Assembly: GCA_904063045.1 (NCBI GenBank)
Contig: CAJFCJ010000015.1
Coordinates: 992,001 to 1,056,000, forward strand
Direction: 5' to 3'
DNA from: Dimorphilus gyrociliatus
Taxonomy: Eukaryota; Animalia; Annelida
Length of the DNA stretch: 64,000 bases
Position numbers and translations under genes: made by a program. Of this stretch, positions 46,527-57,931 are shown piece after piece (the first letter of the stretch is position 1; each line of letters opens with the position of its first letter). The notes below the pieces were generated by a model. It saw only the letters and a program-made list of their open reading frames with translations. It was not told the DNA's origin and searched no databases.

Positions 46527-49500
46527 TCAAGTATTAGAATTCAAAACAGGGAGCGTTGTTGACATAACCAAATTAACTTGCTCTAAAGAGGGCGCGGCAA
46601 TTATTTGTTTATCTTCTTCGTTATAATGATCTTGTAGTAGCGAGTGAAGAGTTTGAAATTTTGCATAGACCCCCGTCTTTACTGGTCTAATTAGAATAAT
46701 TTCTGTATCCCGATTTGCTAGGTAAAGAGTCATCGATTTCTATATGAAAACAATAAACTTGTCAATGACTATTTAGTATAAAAGAAAAGAAGATGGCAAA
46801 GACTAGTACTTGTAATTGCTGCTTGTCGACTTTAAGCTTTTTGTAAGTCTCAGCAACGACATCATTCAACACCTGAGGTGTTGCAAAAGGTTGATTACGC
46901 AACTTGACATCTGGACCTCCATCTTTACTCATATTAAGACATCGATCAGCCTATAAGATTTATATACTCAATTATGTTGAAAACAAGAACAAGTGATTTA
47001 ATAAGAAATAATTAAATATAGTAAAATATACCTTATCAAGAAATGCCATTAGCGGCGCTACTAAATATTGAGTAGCATGATTTATAAAATTTTCGCATGA
47101 CTTTTTCAATTGAGTATCAACCTCTTTCTTCGAGTCTATAAACGTCTCAGTAACTTGTGGCGTTCCCTATAATTTATAAAAAAAAGTAAAGTACAGTTAA
47201 AGTGCAAAAAACATGTAGAATGAAACTAATTATTGTCGTCAATCATAATCTTACATCGAAAATAAATTTCAGGAGAGCATTATTGCTATTAAGTGCAAAT
47301 AACTTTGATCGAGCCGATAATAAACCTGCCGCAGCATCTAAAATAACAATGATAAAAGTTTAATATACTGAATATAGGTAAAAGAAAAAAGTAGCTTCCA
47401 ACCTTTTATCTTACTAAAGTCAAGAGCCGTTTCCTTTACTGAAAAATCAACATGAAAAGGTACAATTTGTTCTCTCAAAATCAGCAGGTGCTTAATAAGG
47501 AATAATAAACCGTCTAATTTTGTCTAAAAAAAAGTACAGATATATTGAAACTTTTTGAAAAATACATCTGACAGGAATATTGATTAAATTTTACCTTTTT
47601 ATTACTAATTATAGTCGATGCTCCCACTAGAGATTCAATGCACATATTTAAAGCTTCTTGCGATAAACCTTGAAATGTCGATTTCTGAAAGAAACCATAA
47701 AAACAATGTAATCATTGAAATTCTAGGTTTGTAGTCAAACAACAAATTGTTGCAATTCGGAATATTATTTCATACGTACATCAACGCAACGGTATAATTT
47801 TGATAAACAAACTAGAGTTCTCCTAACAGTTGGATACCACATACCATGTAGATCTGCAGGACTTATTGGCATATTCGGATGAGCAACTACTCTTCCATTT
47901 ACCTCTGAATACGTATCTGTAATTTTCATAAATACATAAATAAATAAATATTGATTAATATTCAAAAGTTTAAGTAAAACCAACCTTCCAAGGATATTGC
48001 AGAAAAACCAACGGGTGATGAATTGTTTGACTCAGTCTCTTCTCTAGTAGTATTGTTACTCGTACCCGTATTTATTCTAGCAACCTCAGCTGATGTTGAC
48101 GATGCAGTTGAAGTTATTGAAGATGTTCGTTCGTGTCCTTTTAATTTTTTTCTGTGACTATGAGCTATATTTTGCATCATTTCTAGTTTATCAGGATAGG
48201 CTAAATCACCGGGAGCTGGTTTGTAACCTAAAATTTCACTACGAACATAACTCTGAGCCCTATAGACGAGTCTCTCTAACACATCTTGTAGCATTTGATT
48301 ACAAACGTTCTCAAAAGCCAATAAGCAATCCCCAGTGCTGATAGTGTGTTCTTCTAGCATTTCAACTTTTAATATACTACAGAGTTCGGCTAATGTTTCA
48401 AGGTGATTGATGTGTATGATAAATGGTCGCAGAACGTCATACAAAAGGGTGCACAATGCTTCCAGCGATTCATGCAATATAGGTGCTTGTTTGGAAAAGA
48501 AGTGAAAAAACAATTGATACTCGTCTTCACATAAACGTATCATAAAGGCACAGCCACTTCTCATCAAAGCACATTGATCTCTTGCGTGTTTCTTTGCTAA
48601 ATCAGTGACCGCAGCAGTTACACTAGGTTGTAAAAGCTGGTTTCTTTGTTGAAGATAAAAGCTCCGACAATCGTATAAGAAATTTTCATATTCTTCAGAT
48701 ATATTTACTCGTTGTTCTATTTGTTCCATAAATGACTTGATACGAGGAGCGTTTGTTCTAAATTTACCATAGAACAAAGTGAACGCGTCATCAGTTGGAT
48801 TAGGAACAGTCTACAACAAATAAAGAATAAGAAACAATATAGAAATAAACGGGATGTAATAAAAAAATATACCTTATGTATATCAGGCATAACTTTTTGA
48901 GTTGCTTCAGTTAAAACTTGAATAACATAAGTCTTTATTCTTAATAAAGCCTTAGATAACAGATTAGTATACTTTAATAAGTAATTTTGAGATTCTTTAA
49001 AGTTAGGCTATCAAATAAAAAAAAATATAAAGGAAATAATGAATGAAAAAAGTGAAGAAAAGTCACTCAATATACTCTTTTATACATACATTTTTTTTCA
49101 TAAAATCAATGCAGTCGTCTATTTTGTTTAATAATGGAATTAAATTTTCTGTTGTTGCAGCCACATAGGGTAACGATAGTTTCTGTTTAATTTAAATATT
49201 AATTGTAATAATAACTTTCATAAAATTATTGAAGAAGCTTACTTTGGAAATTTTATCATATTCGTTAAAGTAACCTAATACGTTGGCAATTTCATCAGCA
49301 TTTCTAGATAAACGCTGTTGTTCTGCTAACCAATGTTCACAAGCGGAATGTAAAGCCGATGTTGATGTTGATACTCTTACATATTTTTCTTTCAAATCTT
49401 CAGCACATTCTAATGTATGAGAAACTTGTAATAAGGTTTCGGTACATTTTTCCTTTTGCTTTAGAAGTGCTTTGAGATATGCTGAACTTTTTCTACTATT

Positions 49501-49922
49501 TTCATCCTCTATACCTTTACTGATAGCTAACATCCATGAAAAATACTAATAGATAAAAAGAAAACATAGATTCTTATTGCAGTTTGAACGTAAATGAAAA
49601 CCTCTTGGAAATTTTTTACTGGAAAATGCTTTTCTCCCATAAGATTTTCCATTGGTGTTTCTGTTGAATTAGAATTGGGTACGGAGATAATTCTTGGGAA
49701 ATCATCTACTGGCAGCTGAAAAAAATTCCATTGGGCGGTGAATTTCGACAATAGAGATATGAATGTAATACAAACTTCAGTTGGTAACGCACGATGATTA
49801 GCCAATGTTGATAAGTCCATAATGGAATCCTTTTGTTCATCGCTCAATGGCGCTGTGGGATCGGTTTTAGCATCCCATTTGGCAAGTTTTTCCCGAAGAC
49901 ACCGCGGATCTAAATCTGCCAT
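46527..49922 (-). CDS. COG3: Conserved oligomeric Golgi complex subunit 3 (Sec34), multi-exon
   Basis: [34 protein letters not shown]; [25 protein letters not shown]; C-terminal [17 protein letters not shown]...[13 protein letters not shown]. Confidence 0.93.
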
Positions 49923-50161
49923 GTTGGCTATAGAGCTAGCAAAACATTCTAAATTATATACCAGTTTTGTGCAAAGTATAGATTGGCGCCTCCAATAGAA
50001 ATGATAAACGAACAGTTCGCTTTGTTATATAGGCATTATACAGAATTATAATCCCTCAGTTACGCCGTTTTGTTTGTGATTTTCGATCTTAAAGATTTAC
50101 TAAGCTTAGTCCTTAAAAGTCCATACTCTATTTTTCTTACTCTTGACTCCTGGAATAAAAA

Positions 50162-50780
50162 ATGCAAGACGGAAATAAAGTGAACAAAAAGGTAATTAGA
50201 TAATGGTTTATTAACTTAATGATTTTCTAAGATAAAAACTACGCAAGCAAAAAACTACTATACGCAGGTTTCACTGAGCGTTAATGAAGACGATGAAAGA
50301 CGACTACGAAAAATATCTCTATCTTCTTTGGAGAAGCGTCGGATGACACGAAGAATGTCAAGAACAACATTTCTTTCAACAGGAGGGAGTACAATTGTAG
50401 AGAGTTTACCGAAAAAACCATTAAAGTTAGAGAACACTTATAGAATGGCGCCGAAAATGGAAGAGAAATTTAGTACAGCTAAAGCAAAGAAGGCACTTCG
50501 AGATGTCATGCAAAGTTTCCTAGAAGATAAAACGTACGGAAGAGATAACGCGAATATTGTCAAACAGCTATCCGATATTATAAAAAACGAGATGAAAGAA
50601 GTAATTAGTGACAGGCATAAAATAGTTTGCTGGTTAGTTTTAGGTGAAAAATTCTGTCAAAGTTTACAAGGAGGTTCCAAATGTTTATGGGATTCCAAAA
50701 CTGACAACTACGTAAGCGAAACATATTCGAATAATAGTTTATTTGTAAATGCAACTGTTTACGCTTTATATTGTGAATAA
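50162..50780 (+). CDS. Tctex-1 domain dynein light chain (TCTEX1D/DYNLT-like), two exons
   Basis: Short exon 1 (MQDGNKVNKK, ATG 50162) splices in frame to the ORF-track segment LENTYRM.P..KF...RHKIVC...GE...QSL..SKCLWD..TDNY.S..Y.N..LF..ATVYALYCE. Confidence 0.88.
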
Positions 50781-51112
50781 ATGAAGCAAACAAAATAAGT
50801 ATTATAAAAAAAAATGTATACGCATGGCAATAGTTATGTTTCTTACAAAACGAAATAAGTAATTAGTATATGAAAAAGAAACAAAGAAAGTAAGAGCCGG
50901 ATCTATAGTACTTACACTTTTAAGTTATAAATTATTAGTACTGCATTAGATAAAATATCCTTATTTTTAATACTTCAAGTTACTATGGGAACACCTCAAA
51001 AAAAAAAATTATTCAAAAGTTTTAATATTGTCTTAGGGCTGTGTTCACATTATTTAAACACGTGAAAACGCTTCAGAGCATTTGCTTATAAGGCTAAAAA
51101 AAGAAAAGCTTA

Positions 51113-52243
51113 TCAAACGTTACTAGTAACCGTTTTACTTGTGTCGACGCTGATATTAGATATTTTGCGTAATGTTGGAAAAATAAGATCTGGCCACGAG
51201 TTCACTTCTCCTGTAGCTTTCGAAGTTAGAGAGGATCGTCGAGATCTATCCATGACTGCAGCGGGTACCGGTGGGGGTACTGTCAGAGGAGGTTTTTTCA
51301 CCCTGATGAGATTTGCTACAAGCGGATTTCGTATGGCATAAGTAAAAGGATGAACTACACTCGCTGTCCAATTTATTAAAATAAGAGTCGAATCGGCCTT
51401 GGGCCCTATACGAACATTCATCATTTGGCAAATAGAGGCTATAATAATCGGTGACCTGAGCAACAGCGTCGTTGTTATCATAATTAGAACAGTTCCTGCA
51501 GTTCGAACTTCACCTTCAAATTTTAGATTTTGTGCTTGAACGGAAGCAGGAGTTATCTTTGAGACTGACGGTCTTCCTGCCAATTTGAACAATTTTCTAA
51601 GACTATAGAGCATAACAGCAAATGGAAGAGCAAAAGTGATGATGATAAAGACGCCTCTTAAAAGTTTTACTCTTTCCAAATTTTGGTTGCCTAAAAGGAG
51701 GTAGGAGCAGTGTATGAATGGCTGATGATGTTTAATTTTTGCCGAATTGATGGCGGAAGGCATCGAGAAAGTTAATGAAATTATACAGCAGAGGAAGATG
51801 AGCCCAAAGCAGAACTTTTTACTAACCTTTCTTTGTCTATTTAATAGGGATAACCTGTCGATTCCAATAAGCGTTACCATAAATACACTCATACTATCAC
51901 TGAAAACAGTTGAAACTGCGTTGAACTGACATGCTACATCAGGCAAACGGTTCATACTTAAAGCTGCTAAAGCAATCGGCATTGAAATCGAGCAATTCAG
52001 CAGATCACATCCGGCCAAGGCTAATATAAAGGCATTGGTAACACTTCTAAAGCGTAAGTGTTTAAATATAGCAAAAATAACTGCAGAATTTCCTCCAACT
52101 CCCAAAAGAATTAAAAGGCCAATATATACACCTTGAGAGATCTTTGACGCCGTAGAAAAAGTTGACGTCGTAGACGTCGTGTTGTTTGACATGTCGGCGT
52201 CATCTCTGGCGAAGAATTTTTCACATACGCACTTTGACGTCAT
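51113..52243 (-). CDS. GPR135: Orphan class A GPCR, GPR135-like, single exon
   Basis: RSVTNAFILALAGCDLL, EVRTAGTVLIMI and YAIRNP resemble vertebrate GPR135 (recalled, not searched); 7 TM segments. Confidence 0.7.
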   Translation of the reverse strand: MTSKCVCEKFFARDDADMSNNTTSTTSTFSTASKISQGVYIGLLILLGVGGNSAVIFAIFKHLRFRSVTNAFILALAGCDLLNCSISMPIALAALSMNRLPDVACQFNAVSTVFSDSMSVFMVTLIGIDRLSLLNRQRKVSKKFCFGLIFLCCIISLTFSMPSAINSAKIKHHQPFIHCSYLLLGNQNLERVKLLRGVFIIITFALPFAVMLYSLRKLFKLAGRPSVSKITPASVQAQNLKFEGEVRTAGTVLIMITTTLLLRSPIIIASICQMMNVRIGPKADSTLILINWTASVVHPFTYAIRNPLVANLIRVKKPPLTVPPPVPAAVMDRSRRSSLTSKATGEVNSWPDLIFPTLRKISNISVDTSKTVTSNV

Positions 52244-52343
52244 AGAAACGCGATTCTATTGACTCTGCTTGCTATTTCTATGACAACCGATGTATTATCT
52301 TTACATATATATTTCTACAAGATGAATATGTATGTAGAGCATT

Positions 52344-52345
<2 letters not shown>

Positions 52346-52375
<30 letters not shown>
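52346..52375. repeat. (TA)15 microsatellite upstream of the GPR135-like gene
   Basis: Seen directly. Confidence 0.95.
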
Positions 52376-52376
<1 letters not shown>

Positions 52377-53627
52377 GGCATATATTTATATATTTATTTA
52401 TATAATAGTATATACTTTAATATTATTTATGTTCGTAAATAAGTCAAAGATTAAAAGCCTATTTATTTGTATTTATTAATATCACAAAATATATTTTTTT
52501 TTCTAAAAAAAAACTTTTTACGAAATCTACTTATTCTGAAAAACTAAATATCAGTAGATTATAAAAGATATTTTAAAAATCAGATAATAATTAACAAACG
52601 AATCTTTTTTATAACTAATTGCCTTTCACGCATCTTATGATCTAGCTCTACTTTTTAAGTCAGTTTATAATACAATGCATTATAATATCCCTTCAAACAA
52701 AAGAGCTTTATAACATTAGTGACACACAGGTAGATGCAGTACATATCTAATAAATATATTAATGTACCCATAAATTAAAGCTATATACATAAAACGCACG
52801 TATGCATATAGATATACATGTATAAATTATATTGTGTGTCTGTCCATATTGCATACTATATATTTTGTTAATTTTTATGGAAGAAGAGATAAGATTTACT
52901 GTAGAGAAACTGTTATTTCCAAGCGCACAATATTGTCCTTAATGGAAATATAATAAAACTGGCATTTTCTATTCAATCTATTCAAAAAATAAAAGTATAT
53001 CCTTTTCTTTAAATACTCTAATTCATATTTCCTTTTATCTTATTGTCTGTATATGTTTATCTATCTATCTATGTCTTTTTTTTAATTCAATCTTATATAT
53101 TAGTATATATATATATTAGTATATATATTTATATATTTATATACACCGCATATGAATAAAACTTTGTTTCTTTCACAATAGCCCTGAAGACATAGATAAT
53201 GTATATTGTAAAGAAAAAATTATGAATATAAGACAAATAGTATATAGACCATTTTTTTTTTCTTCTTTCTCCGTCTCCTTCTCCTTATTCTTTCGATATC
53301 TCTTAATAAAATAACAGCTGCCTACTCGAAACTGTCGTTAATGATCTGATTTATAGTATAATAATAAACTTTGTTAATCAATTGTCGTTTTAAGAAAAAC
53401 CCTTATTGATTATCCAAATTTGCATTAAAAAAAAAATACAATTCTTTTATAGCTTTTATAGAATATAATAATATATATACTTTATACACTAAAATGGATT
53501 TATATAGTATATACAAACTATATATAGCTATAGCGAATATACTTTGTATAGTGGAATAGCAACTTAACGACCCAAGCTTTTAATTTTTTTACATTTGTGT
53601 CAAGAAAAAAAAGATAGTGATGATTAA

Positions 53628-53649
53628 TCTCTCTCTCTCTCTCTCTCTC
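53628..53649. repeat. (TC)11 microsatellite
   Basis: Seen directly. Confidence 0.9.
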
Positions 53650-54016
53650 ATATTATATATATATACCATAAGTTGCTTTCATACGTAAAATATCTCAAGG
53701 CAATATAAGCCTTATAAAAATGAAATTGTATATTACCCTTTATCTCTTTTAATTATTCAAATAATGGATAAAGTAACTAATTTTAATATTATTTACATAG
53801 ACAAAAAGAGGAAAGAGTAAAAGAGAAAAAGAAAAACTTTTACCTTCTTTTTTATCGTTTACAACTAGTTTGCTAATTATAGCAAATTGTTATAAAAACT
53901 TTTCTAGAGCAAGATTAAATAACGTTTCGCTTTAATTTTTACTTTTTATTATTCATTTCGTAATCTATTAATTATTTATATTCGTATCTTAAAAAGTCGG
54001 TTATGAAATATAGAAT

Positions 54017-54034
54017 ACTATAGGTGGCACTAGT
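54017..54034 (+). promoter_or_regulatory. 18-bp element ACTATAGGTGGCACTAGT (CTCF-like), copy 1, upstream of LHFPL6
   Basis: Identical to 56920-56937; contains the TAGGTGGCACTA CTCF-type core. Confidence 0.6.
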
Positions 54035-54189
54035 TGACTGTAGTTTCTACTCTTTAACAAAGTATTTCAAGTTGACTTTTTTTCCACTTCATATAACTTA
54101 TATATGATACAATATAGTTTAAAGGGTGAGAGAGAGGGGAAGGGGGACAGAGAGGAGGGGCCAATGCTTGAAATTAGTTTTTGTAAAAT

Positions 54190-54204
54190 TCGTCAGATGG
54201 CGCT
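54190..54204 (+). promoter_or_regulatory. CTCF-like motif near the LHFPL6 start
   Basis: TCGTCAGATGGCGCT, intact core CAGATGGCGC (11/14 match). Confidence 0.45.
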
Positions 54205-54280
54205 TTCGTGCACTTTTTATCTGTTGTGATCTTTAAGCGAAACATTTCGTGTTGGGCGCGACTGCGGTTGGATACAAGTA

Positions 54281-56135
54281 ATGACTGCAAGTGCTTTATA
54301 CAATAATAATAATTACGTAAAGAGAACAATGGCCAAGAGTTTAACCTACGTAGGAATTATATGGGTGATTTTGTCTGTTGCCTGTGCAATTTGCTGTTCA
54401 TTAGGATTCTATATGCCTTACTGGCTAAATGGAAAGTTTATCAATGAAACAGAATCCAATCTAGGTTTATTCAGGCGATGCAACTATTTAAAATTAACAA
54501 GCGGACGGCTAGAAGTGACAATCGATTGTGGAATGTATGCATCTTTCTCGGATATACCTAGCAATTGGTGGAAGATTAGTGTCGTCTGTGTCGGCTCAGC
54601 AACTTTTATTACGGCCACTATAGCCTTTATGGGTATGTTCGCCTTCTGTATCCGAGATGCCCTTTCGAATAAAGCGGCCAAATTATCGGGTTTATTCCAA
54701 GCATTTTCAGGTTTGTATCGTTTATTGTTTCTATTCTCATCCTTTTTCTCTCCTTAATTAAATTTTCTATCATTTCCGTTCGTTTCTTACCGTTGAAATC
54801 TCTTTTCCTTCTTGTTGTTTGTGTTTATTTCGACGGATTTATCATAGACAGCGGTATTATTTCGTCGTTTATCATTGTCACGTTCGCGTAGCGCATAATC
54901 TATCGTCCGACAACAACATTTCCCATCGGTCAACTAAACTGCTAGTTCGACTTATTCCTCACTTCATTTACTATATCCTCCACTCTCTCGCCTCCTTTTA
55001 ATCTAAAAATCTTAATGCTAGAAAAAAGAATCCATTAATATTCATATCCATAAATTCTAATAATCATAAACCTGCAGAAAACTAGGGAGGAGGCTGGGAG
55101 GGGGGCTGAAAAAATCTATTTATATACAAAGTTTTCGAAACAAATCTTGCATGGAACAATAATTCTAGCTTTCTCCCATTCGAAACTAGATCTACTTTGG
55201 CATGCTGCCTATTTATTTAGTGTTTGTCTATACATCCGTCTTACAGTTGGGATGTGTTTGCAAACTATACCCTAGCGGATTTACAAGTAGGCCTTATTAG
55301 TATTGTACAAATGTATCTCTCTAATTTATATACCAGAGATAAATACTCTATAAACAACCAATCCTATCTGTCTATCTATATATCTTTCCATTTATACGGT
55401 TGCGTGAGTTTTCCAGAGTCCTATAAAAGAGCTTAAAAGGACAAGCCTAACAATAGTCTATTTCGTGTAGGATTGATCAAAGTTTCCTAGAAGCAGCTTG
55501 AATCTCACGCAAGATCTCATCGTATTATACCATATCAAATCCCTCACAGTAATCGTCAGCATGATTAAAACCCAATAAAAGAAATATTATATTGTCTTCA
55601 ACTTTTTTTCTCTCCCTCTCTTACTCCCCTTGTCTGTCTAGCACTCTCTGTCTCTCTCCGCCTCTCTTTTTCTCATTTCATTTAGTGTGTACGCTTCGTT
55701 TGCTGGCTTCACAGGGAAAAAACAAGAAGAAAAGAAAATTCTTCTAACTTTCTTCCCTTAGCTGAATCAGCCTTTAGGAAAATTGAGTATAGAAGGGCAG
55801 AAGGAAAGGGTACAGGTGCTAAAAGTTCGTCATTGCGTGGATTAATCTTTCTTTTCTTCTGTCTTTCTACCCCCAACCTAGTTTACTATACGTTGCTCAC
55901 CGATTAGGTTTTATTTACGTTTCGAGATCGCACCTTTTTCCTTTGCATAAAATAGGCCTAAAAGAGTTGTAGTAAAAAAAAATAAATTACGTGTTGGAGA
56001 GAGTATTGTGTATTTAGTCAGGTAGCTTTGTTAAATTCATTGGGTATTAGATATAATATATCACTATAAGAGTACTATAGAATCTATCCCTTTATAAATA
56101 ATATATTGTATATTCTGCATATTTATATATATACA

Positions 56136-56181
<46 letters not shown>

Positions 56182-56586
56182 TGTGTATGGTTTATACGTA
56201 TATAATAAGAGGGTAGACAGGAAGCGACGGAAATTTCCTTCTTTACGAACACTAGTGAGTTTTATTATAAAAAGAAGAGAATTTCGAATGTAGCCAATAA
56301 GGAAAGGCATTTGAATTGATTACCCCTCCGGCCCTCGACTCATGCAGAGTTTTAGAAAACTACACTGAATCGCGTTAATTACTTAATGTTTTACATATTT
56401 GCCTACACATTTCTATAATTCTTTCCTACTGTTTTGCAGGCGTATTAATGGCGACCACATGCGCTGTATTTTATCCACTGGGATGGAGTAGTTCTGAAGT
56501 GAAGCAAGTGTGCGGAGATGAGGCGCGTAATTATAAATTAGGTTAATATACTTTTTCTTTCTTAATGATTCCTTTACCATATGCAG

Positions 56587-56639
<53 letters not shown>

Positions 56640-56880
56640 AATATCTATATATATCTATATATATACAAATACAAATTAGTCTCTTATTCAATATATTTTC
56701 GTGTTATTTATAGGACACTGCGAATTAGGATGGACTTATTTCTTAGCATCCAGTGCTGCAATTCTAGCTTTTATGTGCCCCTTATTATCATGTCATAGCG
56801 CCAAATCAACCGGAAATTCCATGAAGTATTCAGCAGTGAAAGCGTCTTGTTCCCAAACTACTGAAATACAACATTTATAA
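54281..56880 (+). CDS. LHFPL6: LHFPL tetraspan family member (LHFP/LHFPL6-like), three exons
   Basis: MAKSLTYVGIIW..LS......LGFYMPYWL.G (true start may be 54329), GLFRRC, IPS..WK. Exon 2 from 56440: FYPLGWSSSEVKQVCG. Exon 3: HCELGWTY..., stop at 56880. Confidence 0.85.
56137..56180. repeat. (TA)22 microsatellite in LHFPL6 intron 1
   Basis: Seen directly. Confidence 0.95.
56591..56636. repeat. (TA)23 microsatellite in LHFPL6 intron 2
   Basis: Seen directly. Confidence 0.95.
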
Positions 56881-56919
56881 TAATGAAGAAAATAAAATGA
56901 AGAAATAGTCAAAGTTTAA

Positions 56920-56937
56920 ACTATAGGTGGCACTAGT
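56920..56937 (+). promoter_or_regulatory. 18-bp element ACTATAGGTGGCACTAGT (CTCF-like), copy 2, 40 bp after the LHFPL6 stop
   Basis: Identical to 54017-54034. Confidence 0.6.
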
Positions 56938-57931
56938 CATTCAATCCAAACGGGAATGTGCACATTGTAATAAACATAAAACGGTACTATTCTTTTCCTT
57001 TTTCATCTTTTATTGTCTTATTTTTAAAATGTATTTCTCTCATTATATAGAATTTCTTTTACGATTCGAATTTTGATATTTTGAATTATATATACAGTAT
57101 ATATATATTTGTTTCCTTAGTTCTTTTGTTTGTTTAGTTGTTTGTCTGTTAATATTTATTACGATTTTGTTTATTTTGATACATTATATACTTTAATAAG
57201 TAGAATATTACGTAAGAATGAAAGAAAATTGAACATTCGTAATTTATCTATTACATAGTGTGTTCATATATTAATATGTTCAATTGATTTATGGTGCTAA
57301 TTGCATTAAAAATATAAATATGTTTTAATTGTCTAGAAAGGCAAGTTTTGACCTGATTTTTACTCCTACCTATCAAATGACCATTTTGTACATATTCCGT
57401 TTATTATATATTGTACACTCCACTTCATGTAATTGTATATATTCAATAAAAAGCAATATGTGGTTAACTATAATTGAAATTTCATTCGTCCATTTACCCA
57501 TTTGCTTAAATACATATGTAAAATATATTTACTTAACATAGTATGAATAGGTTAAGTATTCTTCCTAACCCATACATTACTTATATATATAAACATCTCA
57601 TTTAACCTTTTTTCGCAATTAGCTTCGAGGACTGTAAATATTCTGTATATTCCTATTTGTTTACGGAGTAGAAGAGATGAAAGATTGCAATAACTAAGGT
57701 TTCCTAGCATTTATTAATAATAACAGACAATATGATGAAATATTCACTTTTCAATCTCCATCGAAAAATATATTCCTAGAATACAACAAAGAGGTAACTT
57801 TTAGCCTTTTTCCCCTAATATCATTAAACCATTATCATAGTTTCGTATGTGTGTATACTGTATATACAGGCATTGTCCACTGAATGCTATACATATATAC
57901 ACATATAGCAGACGTATATATCATTATTTAC

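Noticed and set aside
1-50000. Apparent glycosylation/Golgi theme (TEX261, OGA, P4HA, LicD x2, COG3)
   Set aside because: The genes act in different compartments and pathways and are interspersed with unrelated genes. It is probably coincidental in a gene-dense genome.
54121-54160. G-tract cluster (possible G-quadruplex) upstream of LHFPL6
   Set aside because: Loops of 9-10 nt within a GA-microsatellite-like context make it a weak candidate.
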